From NCBI GenBank assembly GCA_965219025.1, contig OZ244716.1, forward strand, positions 1,612,419 to 1,676,418: a DNA stretch of 64,000 bases, written 5' to 3'. The DNA comes from Dehalococcoidia bacterium (GTDB lineage Bacteria; Chloroflexota; Dehalococcoidia; Lucifugimonadales; UBA2985). Shown here in pieces: positions 49,891 through 60,223 of the stretch (positions are counted from its first letter, which is position 1; the number at the start of each line of letters is the position of its first letter). The position numbers and the translations under genes were made by a program. The notes under the pieces are model-generated. The model was not told the DNA's origin, did no database searches, and was given only the letters and a program-made list of their open reading frames with translations.

Positions 49891-50139
49891 GTTGCCAATC
49901 TCTCCTGATCCAAGTGTGGTCCCATCAAGGGAGGGTATTCCTGGTCCTCAAGGAGGGGCTATCCACGATTGAACCGTGGCAAGGGGCGCGACACAGCCAT
50001 TCTACACGTAGCGGGGCCGTTTGGCAACCCAAATGTCACCGCAGCGGCTGTCGGAGAGGGCGTCCGGCTGCACACTCCGGCGGTGCGCGGCGGGGTACGC
50101 GAGTCCTGGGGCCCACGCCTGCGAAACGAGAACAAAATT

Positions 50140-50168
50140 TTGACAATCACGCCTAGATTTGGTATGAT
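50140..50168 (+). promoter_or_regulatory. candidate sigma70-type promoter of gyrB
   Basis: TTGACA-17 nt-TATGAT lies in an AT-rich patch about 240 nt upstream of the gyrB ATG. Confidence 0.55.
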
Positions 50169-50233
50169 TGAACACGCAATATTCCAAGGCCTGCGTCGTT
50201 TCGGACACCGCATTAAACCAGCTCTTGATTTGA

Positions 50234-52342
<2,109 letters not shown>

Positions 52343-52360
52343 CCGAGTTTGGCAGGTCGG

Positions 52361-53152
52361 CTAGCCCCGCACGCCGACAAGCTTCGCCGTGACCATGAGC
52401 CGGTGGTCGTACACGTAGGCGGGCACGCATGCCACCATGGTGATGATGGCCTCCGGTGACTCCGTGACGGCGAAGTCTTCCTGGTGCACCACCGAGGTCT
52501 GCGTAACCCGGTAAAGGAACTCTCTGTCCTCCTCGTTTCGCAGCACCACGTACACCTTCTCTCCCTTGCGGAGAAGGTCCGGCACTCTTGCCAGGTTGCG
52601 AAACACGGAGCCTTCGTCTCGCACGGGGCTCTGGAGGTGGCCGAAGAGAAACACGTTGCCCATCGTGCCCGGATTGGGCGTCGTTGGTATGTGGCCCACA
52701 ATGTCCTTGGGCGTCTCCCAGGCGCTGGCGTCGCCGTAGTTGACGACCCGCAACTCCTTGACCGTGGATGCCAGTCCAATCGATGGGATCTGGATCAGTA
52801 CCGGCGGGCTGAGTTCGTCGGGCTGCGCGGGGAGTCCGCTGCCGGCCGGCGAGGTGAACCCCTCAAGCACCGAAGCGTACCCTTCGTAGTCCACGTCCGC
52901 CCACCGCGGGTCCGTCCATGCCAGCGCAGGGACGAAGTTGCCCGGGAATATCGACGAGTACTGCCCTGAGCGGTCCGGGTCGTCCCCGCCCGCGTAGTAG
53001 TTGAGATTGTCCAGCTGGGACCGCGCCACCTGCGAGTACACGAAGTACCCGGCTACGATGGCCAGAATCGCCGCACCCAGAGCTAACAGGGCCGTGGGGA
53101 CCCATCGGCGCCTGGCCGCGACGCGGGGCGTCAGTGATGCTGCGTCATCCAC
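52361..53152 (-). CDS. sortase family transpeptidase (class E-like)
   Basis: 263 aa with an N-terminal TM anchor, LFGH (catalytic His region), ITMVACVP (TLxTC-type Cys) and a late Arg. Confidence 0.7.
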   Translation of the reverse strand: MDDAASLTPRVAARRRWVPTALLALGAAILAIVAGYFVYSQVARSQLDNLNYYAGGDDPDRSGQYSSIFPGNFVPALAWTDPRWADVDYEGYASVLEGFTSPAGSGLPAQPDELSPPVLIQIPSIGLASTVKELRVVNYGDASAWETPKDIVGHIPTTPNPGTMGNVFLFGHLQSPVRDEGSVFRNLARVPDLLRKGEKVYVVLRNEEDREFLYRVTQTSVVHQEDFAVTESPEAIITMVACVPAYVYDHRLMVTAKLVGVRG

Positions 53153-53180
53153 GGTTCGTGCTCCCTACCCAGCCTTGCCC

Positions 53181-54638
53181 CTAACCGCCACGCTCCGCCT
53201 CCTCGATCGAGCGTAGCGACGACCGTGCCTTGTGCAGCGTTTCCTCGTACTCGCTAGCCGGCACGCTGTCCGCCACGACTCCGCCGCCCGCCTGTATATA
53301 CGCCACGCCATCCTTTATCACCATCGTGCGAATGGTAATGGCCGTGTCCATGTTTCCGTTGAAGCTGAAGTAGCCCACCGCTCCACCGTACGGGCCACGC
53401 CGCTCGCCCTCCTGCTCCGATATGATCTCCATCGCGCGTATCTTGGGCGCGCCCGAGAGCGTCCCGGCGGGCAGGCAGGAGCGCAGCGCGTCGTAGATGG
53501 TTCGGTCGTCGCGCAGCCTGCCGCGCACCTCCGATTCGAGGTGCATCACATGCGAGTAGCGCACCACGCGCATCAAGTCCGTCACCTCGACCGTGCCAGG
53601 TTGCGACACGCGCCCAACGTCGTTGCGCCCTAGGTCCACGAGCATGATGTGCTCGGCGCGCTCCTTTTCGTCGACGCGCAGCTCCGCCGCCAGCGCCTCG
53701 TCCTGCTCGGCAGTGGCGCCGCGAGGACGCGTGCCGGCCAGTGGGAAGTTGTAGACCAGCCCGTCCTCGACGCGAACCAGCAGCTCCGGCGAGGCACCGA
53801 CGATGGAGAAGTCTTCCAGCGAGAGGTAGTACATGTACGGCGAAGGGTTGAGTGCCCGCAGCGCCCTGTACACGTCCAGCGGCGCCGCCTGAGTGGGCCT
53901 GGCCAGGCGCTGGGATGGCACAGCCTGTATGATGTCGCCTGCGTAGATGAACTCCTTGATTTGCTCCACCATCGCTTCGTATCGCTCGCGCGTCATGTTG
54001 GACGAGTACGATGGCGAGTCACCAGCGTCGGCGTCCAGTCGGGCGCGCCGCTCCACCGTGAGGGGCCTGTCGAGCATGGCGGCGAGTTGCTCGATGCGTT
54101 CGACCGCTTCCGCGTATGCCGTCTCCACGCTGCCGCCGTCGAGACGCACGTGGCTGACCACCTTGATCTTGTGGCGCACGTGGTCGAACACCAGCAGGGT
54201 GTCGACGAACATGAACACGGACTCAGGCAGGCCCAGTGGGTCGCTCGCAGGAGGAGGCACCGGCTCGTAGTAGCGGACTGCGTCGTACGCGACGTAACCT
54301 ACGGCTCCGCCGTGGAAGCGCGGCAGGCCCGGAATCGAGACGAGCGTATGCCGCCCGAGCTCCTCCTCGACGATCCTGAGAGGGTCCACCTCGCCGTGAG
54401 TCCGGCCCGGCCCAGTCGTCACAATCCTGTAGGGGCTCGCGCCGATGAAGCTGTATCGCGCAAGCTGCTCTCCGCCCTCGACGCTCTCCAGGAGGAATGC
54501 GTAGGGGCCCTGCGCGATCTTGAGGTACGCCGACACCGGCGTCTCCAGGTCCGCGTTAATCTCGCGGTACACGGGGATCAGGTTGCCGTGCTTCGATAGC
54601 TCCCTGACCTCTTCCAACGTTGGATAGCAATTGCTCAT
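53181..54638 (-). CDS. trpE: anthranilate synthase component I
   Basis: LLESVEGGE, GGAVGYVAYD and GAPKIRAMEII...RGPYGGAVGY blocks. The ATG at 54638 is preferred over the in-frame GTG at 54647. Confidence 0.95.
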   Translation of the reverse strand: MSNCYPTLEEVRELSKHGNLIPVYREINADLETPVSAYLKIAQGPYAFLLESVEGGEQLARYSFIGASPYRIVTTGPGRTHGEVDPLRIVEEELGRHTLVSIPGLPRFHGGAVGYVAYDAVRYYEPVPPPASDPLGLPESVFMFVDTLLVFDHVRHKIKVVSHVRLDGGSVETAYAEAVERIEQLAAMLDRPLTVERRARLDADAGDSPSYSSNMTRERYEAMVEQIKEFIYAGDIIQAVPSQRLARPTQAAPLDVYRALRALNPSPYMYYLSLEDFSIVGASPELLVRVEDGLVYNFPLAGTRPRGATAEQDEALAAELRVDEKERAEHIMLVDLGRNDVGRVSQPGTVEVTDLMRVVRYSHVMHLESEVRGRLRDDRTIYDALRSCLPAGTLSGAPKIRAMEIISEQEGERRGPYGGAVGYFSFNGNMDTAITIRTMVIKDGVAYIQAGGGVVADSVPASEYEETLHKARSSLRSIEEAERGG

Positions 54639-54680
54639 GCTCTGCACACTCCGGCGGACTCTTGCGCCCGCTCTCCTCCA

Positions 54681-54717
54681 GAATAACAGAAAGCCCCGCC
54701 CTTCAAGGGGCGGGGCT
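54681..54717 (-). terminator. intrinsic terminator of the T-box leader
   Basis: On the minus strand, AGCCCCGCCC-CTTGAA-GGGCGGGGCT is followed by TTCTGTTATTCT. It lies immediately 3' of the T-box sequence. Confidence 0.8.
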
Positions 54718-54980
54718 GGTCCGCGGTGCCACCCTTATTGCGAGAGCGGGGCATCCAATGCCCGTGCCTCTCGTATCTCGTCCGAGCCGTTCGAAGTCGG
54801 CTCGTGAGCCTGTAACGGGACTCTCCCGGCTCGGCCTACGACCCCTGCGATGGGGCCTTCGGCGTGCGGCTCCCGGGCCCATTCGACCTCTGCGCAGGCG
54901 CCGGCTCGCACCTTCCCCAGCTCTCTGAGCCCCGCTTGAGGCGTACTATCCCCGTTCGCAGCCTTTGGCTATGCGAAATG
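54681..54980 (-). promoter_or_regulatory. T-box riboswitch leader, Trp (UGG) specifier, controlling trpE
   Basis: On the minus strand the elements occur in canonical order. They are AGUA (K-turn region), CAGAGAG (AG bulge), CUGGGGAAGGUGCGA (distal loop), GAA-UGG-G specifier loop (UGG at 54879-54881), the T-box AAUAAGGGUGGCACCGCGG (54719-54739) and the terminator. Confidence 0.85.
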
Positions 54981-54987
54981 TCCACGG

Positions 54988-55017
54988 AGTATAGTCGCGG
55001 CTGCGGCGGAGTGTCAA
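54988..55017 (-). promoter_or_regulatory. candidate sigma70-type promoter of the trpE T-box leader
   Basis: On the minus strand, TTGACA (55017-55012), an 18-nt spacer and TATACT (54993-54988). Confidence 0.6.
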
Positions 55018-55045
55018 GGCTACCGTGGTAGTTCTGGGATTATGA

Positions 55046-56475
55046 CATCTGTAACGGTTCAGTGAAAATGTCACCCTATGAAAGGTGCAACAGTGACACT
55101 GACCGAGAGGGAGCAACAGCGAGGCATGGTACTGAATCAGGTGGAACGGGACGGACTCACAGGGCAGCAGGCAGCAAGGCTGATGGGCTTGTCGGTTCGG
55201 CAGGTGCAGAGGCTTAGGGCTGCCTACAGGAAGGATGGTGTGGCTGCCCTGGCCCATGGCAATCGAGGACGATCACCGGTTCACCGCATTACCGACGAGA
55301 CCCGAAGGCAGGTGGTGGAGTTGGCCCATGGAACCTACCGGGGGTTCAATCACCATCATCTACAGGAGGAGCTGGCAGAGCAGGAGGGGGTGAAGCTGAG
55401 CCGCTCATCCCTGTGGCGCATCCTCACCAGGGCTGGTGTACCCAGCATCAGGAAGCGTCGCCGACCCCTGCATCGCCACCAGAGGCAGCGCTACCCCCAA
55501 GAGGGGATGCTGCTACAGATCGACGGCAGCCACCACCTGTGGCTGGAGGGCCGGGGACCCTCTCTCAGCCTGGTGGCTTTCATCGACGATGCCACCGGCA
55601 CCATCCCGGCAGCACTGTTCAGGGAACAGGAGGATGCCCACGGCTACTTCCTCGTGCTGCGGGAGACCATCACCACCAAAGGCCTACCCCTTGCCCTCTA
55701 CAGCGACCAGCACAGCATCTTCCAGGTGAACCCCAAGAAACAGGAGACCTTGGAGGAGCAACTGGCCGGGGAAAGGCAGCCCACCCAGTTTGGACGGGCA
55801 CTGCGGGAGCTGGGTATCCAGTCCATCGTGGCCCACTCACCCCAAGCCAAAGGCCGGGTGGAGCGGTTGTTCGGCACCCTCCAAGACCGCTTGGTCGGCC
55901 AACTGAGGCTGCGGGGAGCTTCCACCCTGGAGGAAGCCAACCAGGTCCTGGGAGACTACCTGCCCAAGTTCAACCGGGCCTTTGCTGTGCCTCCAGCCCA
56001 GGAGGGCACAGCCTACCGCGAAGCATCTGCCGGCCAGTTGGACCAGACCTTGTGCTTCAAGTACCCCCGCACCGTAGCCAGCGACAACACTGTCCGCTGG
56101 TACGCCACCACCCTGCAACTCCTCCCCGATGCCCACCGCACCAGCTACGCCCGGGCTAAGGTGGAGGTCCAAGAGCGTTTGGATGGCAGCCTGGCGGTCG
56201 TCTATCAGGGAAGCGTCATCAGCACAAGGGAGGCACCGCCTCAAGCCTCTGCCCTGCGAGCCCGCAAAGCTCCAAGGGCTGACATACCCAAAGAAGAAGG
56301 TACGACGGGTACGCCCGCCGTTCTTTCTTCCCCCTACCACCCCTCCCTACCACAGCCGCCCTCGAAGCACACCTCACATCCCAAACCCGGACCTAACCAT
56401 CCCTGGAGAAAGATACCCTCGGCGACAAAATCACTGAACCATTAGGCGGACATATTGACTGAACTACGACAGCTA
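55046..56475 (+). mobile_element. IS element, ISNCY-like (single DDE/rve transposase); ends approximate
   Basis: Imperfect inverted repeats: left ..CTGTAACGGTTCAGTGAAAATGTCACC (55049-55075) against the reverse complement of the right GGCGGACATATTGACTGAACTACGACAG (56445-56472). A second GGTTCAGTGA match lies at 56431-56440. No clear target-site duplication was seen. Confidence 0.6.
55078..56445 (+). CDS. ISNCY-family-like transposase (HTH plus integrase-core/rve DDE domain)
   Basis: 455 aa. The N-terminus LTEREQQRGMVLNQVERDGLTGQQAARLMGLSVRQVQRL..HGNRGR and the core LLQIDGSHH..FIDDATG..YSDQHSIF match the pattern I recall for ISNCY-type transposases. Confidence 0.85.
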   Translation: MKGATVTLTEREQQRGMVLNQVERDGLTGQQAARLMGLSVRQVQRLRAAYRKDGVAALAHGNRGRSPVHRITDETRRQVVELAHGTYRGFNHHHLQEELAEQEGVKLSRSSLWRILTRAGVPSIRKRRRPLHRHQRQRYPQEGMLLQIDGSHHLWLEGRGPSLSLVAFIDDATGTIPAALFREQEDAHGYFLVLRETITTKGLPLALYSDQHSIFQVNPKKQETLEEQLAGERQPTQFGRALRELGIQSIVAHSPQAKGRVERLFGTLQDRLVGQLRLRGASTLEEANQVLGDYLPKFNRAFAVPPAQEGTAYREASAGQLDQTLCFKYPRTVASDNTVRWYATTLQLLPDAHRTSYARAKVEVQERLDGSLAVVYQGSVISTREAPPQASALRARKAPRADIPKEEGTTGTPAVLSSPYHPSLPQPPSKHTSHPKPGPNHPWRKIPSATKSLNH

Positions 56476-56541
56476 AGCGGGGGTGACGATTGACTACACT
56501 TGGCCCTTGTGCTAGCTTGAACATCCTATGGAGGCAGTGAA

Positions 56542-57363
56542 ATGACTGAGAGTGGCGATGACTTCGCTTCCTCTGAACTTGCCTTTGTGATTCATCCGGC
56601 GGCCGAGTACGTGTCTGTCGACGTCCTACTCAATGCTCTTGACCATATTCGTCGCCTGCTCCGAGACGTTGACTACGCGATTCACGGCGGAAAATACCGG
56701 TCTCGGTGGGACGTGCGTAGGCTCCAGTCGAGCTCGCCCACTATTGCCGTTAGGCCAAGCGCAGCGAACGGGAATCGGCCCAGTGCCGTCCATGAGATAG
56801 GCGTTGGCTTACGCTTGGTGACTTCCGGTGTTGACTACCCACCGCCGTATTTTACCGAGCAGTCGCTTCTCAACCTCAAGGCGATGCGCCGGGTGTTTCG
56901 CGGAAGGGATTGCGCAAGATCAATTGCGGTGCAGGAAGACGGCGGGCAGGTGGCTTCAATAGGGAGTGACATCTCAGCCAAGGCGGAGCGTATACTCGGC
57001 GCAGGCTACCATAACCTCGGCGCACTGGAGGGAACTCTGGAGGCCATCAACGTTCACAGATCTCCAATCATAACCGTTTGGGACAGGGTCTACGGGTCGC
57101 CCGTACGTTGTTCCATACCACAAGAAGATGAGTGGATTTCCCGCGTCAAGGCGCTTCTAGGTAAACGGGTCCTAGTGTCCGGCGTGATTCACCACTTTGT
57201 GAACGGCACTCCGCGCTCCATTCGAAACATATCCAAGATTGAGGATGTCACGCCTGAGCAGCGTCTGCCTGAGGCGGAGTTCGGGTCAATTCCTGATGCC
57301 AAGGCCGCGGACAATCCGGCTGCATTCCTCCAGGCCGTAAGGGAGCCCTCCCGGGAGTACTGA
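56542..57363 (+). CDS. hypothetical 273-aa protein, upstream partner of the PIN gene
   Basis: GGAGG RBS 7 nt upstream, and the stop overlaps the PIN ATG (TGATG). No HTH/RHH/AbrB-type motif recognised. GC about 55% on a sampled line. Confidence 0.65.
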   Translation: MTESGDDFASSELAFVIHPAAEYVSVDVLLNALDHIRRLLRDVDYAIHGGKYRSRWDVRRLQSSSPTIAVRPSAANGNRPSAVHEIGVGLRLVTSGVDYPPPYFTEQSLLNLKAMRRVFRGRDCARSIAVQEDGGQVASIGSDISAKAERILGAGYHNLGALEGTLEAINVHRSPIITVWDRVYGSPVRCSIPQEDEWISRVKALLGKRVLVSGVIHHFVNGTPRSIRNISKIEDVTPEQRLPEAEFGSIPDAKAADNPAAFLQAVREPSREY

Positions 57364-57833
57364 TGCCCGCCGCCAGACGACTATGGGACTCATCAGTTAT
57401 CCTCGGCTACCTTGCCGGCTATGCCGGACTGAGAGACGACTGTCAGGCAATCCTTGCACAGGCTGAGCGCGGTGAGATCGAAATAGTAGTGTCTGCGATG
57501 GCGGCTGTCGAAGTGGCATATTTGCACGGCGCCAACGACCAGGATGCAGAGAACCGGATACGTGAGTTTCTCGGACGCCGATTCGTCATCCCTGTGGCGA
57601 TAGACGTGCGCCTGGCTGCTGTGGCAAGGGAGCTTGTGAGGCGGTATCGGAACACTCCAACCCTGAGACCTGCCGACGCGATCCACCTTGCCACTGCGAT
57701 CCAGCTTGGAATTCCCATCATGGAGACGACGGATGAGGGTCTACTGAGATTCGACGGGCGAGAAGGGACGCCTCCCGTGAGAATTCGCCGCCCGCTCTAT
57801 GAGGGAACGCCTCCATTGCCCGGCTTTTTGTAG
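57363..57833 (+). CDS. PIN-domain ribonuclease (VapC-like toxin)
   Basis: 156 aa. The conserved acidic positions sit in WDSSVILGYL, AVEVAY, PADAIHLATA and METTD contexts. Confidence 0.85.
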   Translation: MPAARRLWDSSVILGYLAGYAGLRDDCQAILAQAERGEIEIVVSAMAAVEVAYLHGANDQDAENRIREFLGRRFVIPVAIDVRLAAVARELVRRYRNTPTLRPADAIHLATAIQLGIPIMETTDEGLLRFDGREGTPPVRIRRPLYEGTPPLPGFL

Positions 57834-57932
57834 TATCCGCCCGGCGCGCCTGGTGCCCTGCTCCACCCCTACCCCGTGCGCGGGCGCCCTGATATAATGA
57901 GGCCAATCAGCCGGGCGGTTCGCTCGGCCGGC

Positions 57933-58007
57933 GCGGGAGTAGCTCAGCGGTAGAGCTCCGCCCTTCCAAGGCGGACGTCGTGGGTTCGAATCCCATCTCC
58001 CGCTCCA
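57933..58007 (+). tRNA. tRNA-Gly (anticodon TCC)
   Basis: Cloverleaf folded by hand: acceptor GCGGGAG/CTCCCGC, D stem GCTC/GAGC, anticodon stem CCGCC/GGCGG with loop CTTCCAA, T arm GTGGG-TTCGAAT-CCCAT, and an encoded CCA. Confidence 0.9.
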
Positions 58008-58043
58008 CTCCCGACTGACTCCCCCACCCGCGCAAGGAGCCTC

Positions 58044-58757
58044 ATGACGTCCCCCAAGCGAGCCAAACGCGCCGCGTCTCACAAGAGCGACGCAGATCAC
58101 ACACCATCCATCACCTCCCGCGATGCGCTCCTGATGCTGGAGGCCGAGCAAGGCCCCGTCGAGTGGGAGCCGCGGTTCGATGCGGTGTCCGAGCTGGTGT
58201 TCACCATCCTCTCGCAGCACAACTCGGACGTGAACGCGCTGCGGGCCTACGACAGCCTCAGCGACGCGTTCGGCTCCTGGGAGACTGTGGCCGACGCCGA
58301 CCCGGACGACATTGCACGCATCATCTGGAACGGAGGCCTGTCCAGGATCAAGGCGCCCAGGATCAAGGCCGTGCTGCAGGACATCCTTGAGCGCCGCGGG
58401 TCGCTGGACCTGGACTTCCTGGGCGAGCTGCCTCTGGAGGACGCCAAGCAGTGGCTGCGAGAGCTCCCCGGAGTCGGTCCCAAGACAGCGGCCATCGTGC
58501 TGTCGTTTGCGCTGGGGATGCCGGCGATGCCCGTGGACACGCACATCCACCGCGTGAGCCGCCGCCTCGGCCTGATCGGACCCAAGGTGACGGCCGATCA
58601 GGCCCACGACATCCTGGAGTCGTCCGTTTCACCGGAGCAGGTGTTTGCGTTCCACGTGCACCTGATTGCCCACGGCCGTCAGGTGTGCCGGGCGCGCCGG
58701 CCGCTGTGCGACAGGTGCGTGCTGCAGGATAGCTGTCCGTCTGCGTTTCGCGCGTGA
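58044..58757 (+). CDS. nth: endonuclease III / HhH-GPD DNA glycosylase
   Basis: HhH motif LPGVGPKTAAIVL, catalytic VDTHIHRV and a C-terminal 4Fe-4S cluster C..RRPLCDRCVLQDSC. Confidence 0.85.
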   Translation: MTSPKRAKRAASHKSDADHTPSITSRDALLMLEAEQGPVEWEPRFDAVSELVFTILSQHNSDVNALRAYDSLSDAFGSWETVADADPDDIARIIWNGGLSRIKAPRIKAVLQDILERRGSLDLDFLGELPLEDAKQWLRELPGVGPKTAAIVLSFALGMPAMPVDTHIHRVSRRLGLIGPKVTADQAHDILESSVSPEQVFAFHVHLIAHGRQVCRARRPLCDRCVLQDSCPSAFRA

Positions 58758-58760
58758 ATC

Positions 58761-58935
58761 GGTAGGTTCCCGCCCGCTCACTTGGTTCGACAAGCTCGCC
58801 CCGCGTGGGCGTGCAGGGAGCGGGAAAGTGGCGGCCTCCTCAGCTCCCGTCATTCTCGCGGACGCGGGAATCCATCGGGGTGTAGGGGATGGGCCCCCGC
58901 TTTCGCGAGGGCGACGAGGCGGGAGGCCGCTCGGC
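58761..58935. repeat. GC-rich intergenic repeat element (copy 5, composite of three unit types)
   Basis: Three units are present: ggtaggttcccgcccgctcacttggttcgacaagctcgcc (as at 22870-22915), ccgtcattctcgcggacgcgggaatcc (reverse complement at 32441-32467) and cccccgctttcgcgagggcgacg (compare 688-712). Confidence 0.6.
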
Positions 58936-58966
58936 AATCGCAACATGGCATACAAGTCGAGTCGGC

Positions 58967-58996
58967 TTGCCCCCAAGTCGCACAAGGCCTTATACT
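58967..58996 (+). promoter_or_regulatory. candidate promoter of argC
   Basis: TTGCCC-18 nt-TATACT lies about 28 nt upstream of the argC ATG. Confidence 0.4.
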
Positions 58997-59023
58997 GTAC
59001 CTCTGCGACCGAACGGAGGAGAC

Positions 59024-60061
59024 ATGAAGAAAGCTGCAATCATCAACGTAACGGGCTACTCCGGCATAGAACTGGCCCGCATTCTGCACCGCCACCCGGA
59101 GGTGGAGCTTACGCAGGTGACGGGCCGGAGCGCCGTGGGCCAGAAGCTCGGCGAGGCCTTTCCGCACCTGTCGGACATCGACCTTGAGATAGAGCCGGAG
59201 GTCAGCGAGAGCGTTGACGTTGTGTTCTCAGCCCTGCCGCAGACGGCCAGCGCGGAGGCGCTCATACCGCTGGTGGAGCAGGGCGTGAAGTCGATCGACA
59301 TCAGCGCCGACTTCCGCCTGAAGGACGCCTCCGAGTACGAGGAGTGGTACGGCGTGGCCCACGCCCGGCCGCAGCTCCTCGAGGAGTCCGTGTACGGCCT
59401 GACGGAGCTCAACCGCAGCGACGTTCGCTCGGCCACGCTTGTGGCCAATCCCGGCTGCTATCCCACCGGCGCGATCCTAGCACTCGCGCCCGCCGTTCGC
59501 GAGGGTCTCATACACGAGGACATCATCATCGACGCCAAGTCTGGAGTGTCGGGAGCGGGCCGCGGCCTGAGCCTCACCACCCACTTCTCCGAGGTGAACG
59601 AGAACGTCTCCGCCTACGCGGTGAGCGGGCATCGGCACATGCCGGAGATCACGCAGGAGCTGCGACGCTACGGCGGAGGCTTCGAGCCCAGGATCACATT
59701 CCTGCCGCACCTGATTCCCATGACACGCGGCATCCTGGACTCCTGCTACGCAACTCTGAAGGACGGCGCCATCGCACCCGGGCTGGAGGGCGTCAAAGAG
59801 TTGAGAGCCCTCTACGAGAGCTTCTACCGCGACGAGCCGTTCGTTCAGGTGGTCGGGTCGTCGCCCATGACCAAGCACACGCTGGGCAACAACAACTGCG
59901 TGATCTATCCTACCGTGGACATCCGCACGAACCGGCTCATGGTGATCAGCTGCCTGGACAACTTGGTGAAGGGAGCCGCCGGGCAGGCCATCCAGAACAT
60001 GAACCTGATGCTGGGGCTGAAGGAAACCGAGGGGCTGGCGCAGCTGGCGCTCTATCCCTAG
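59024..60061 (+). CDS. argC: N-acetyl-gamma-glutamyl-phosphate reductase
   Basis: Start trimmed to MKKAAIINVTGYSGIEL (GGAGGAG RBS). The active site is LVANPGCYPT and a NLVKGAAGQA block is present. Confidence 0.95.
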   Translation: MKKAAIINVTGYSGIELARILHRHPEVELTQVTGRSAVGQKLGEAFPHLSDIDLEIEPEVSESVDVVFSALPQTASAEALIPLVEQGVKSIDISADFRLKDASEYEEWYGVAHARPQLLEESVYGLTELNRSDVRSATLVANPGCYPTGAILALAPAVREGLIHEDIIIDAKSGVSGAGRGLSLTTHFSEVNENVSAYAVSGHRHMPEITQELRRYGGGFEPRITFLPHLIPMTRGILDSCYATLKDGAIAPGLEGVKELRALYESFYRDEPFVQVVGSSPMTKHTLGNNNCVIYPTVDIRTNRLMVISCLDNLVKGAAGQAIQNMNLMLGLKETEGLAQLALYP

Positions 60062-60122
60062 CCTCACATTGCGGCCGCCGCCGCGCACTGGCCCAGCGGG
60101 CAGCCGAGTCGAAGCCTACCGT

Positions 60123-60198
60123 GCCCTCATCGTCTAGCCCGGCCTAGGACGCCACCCTTTCAAGGTGGAGATCAGGGGTTCGAATCCCCTTGAGGGCA
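60123..60198 (+). tRNA. tRNA-Glu (anticodon TTC)
   Basis: Acceptor GCCCTCA/TGAGGGC, a GTCTAG..GGAC D arm typical of tRNA-Glu, anticodon stem CCACC/GGTGG with loop CTTTCAA, and T arm AGGGG-TTCGAAT-CCCCT. CCA is not encoded. Confidence 0.9.
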
Positions 60199-60223
60199 CT
60201 TTCAATCAACGCATTGGCCCCGT

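Noticed and set aside
49959-49967. DnaA-box-like CTATCCACG near gyrB, possibly hinting at an origin
   Set aside because: It is a single imperfect box with no cluster, no dnaA or dnaN nearby and no AT-rich unwinding repeats. This is insufficient.
54946-55257. 103-aa ORF on the minus strand
   Set aside because: It spans the trpE promoter, the IS inverted repeat and the transposase 5' end. It has no RBS or motifs, so it is spurious.
57933-58007. tRNA-Gly as an integration site for the IS/PIN islet
   Set aside because: The islet lies 5' of the tRNA rather than at its 3' end. No integrase gene is present, and no direct repeat of the tRNA 3' segment was found at the islet border.
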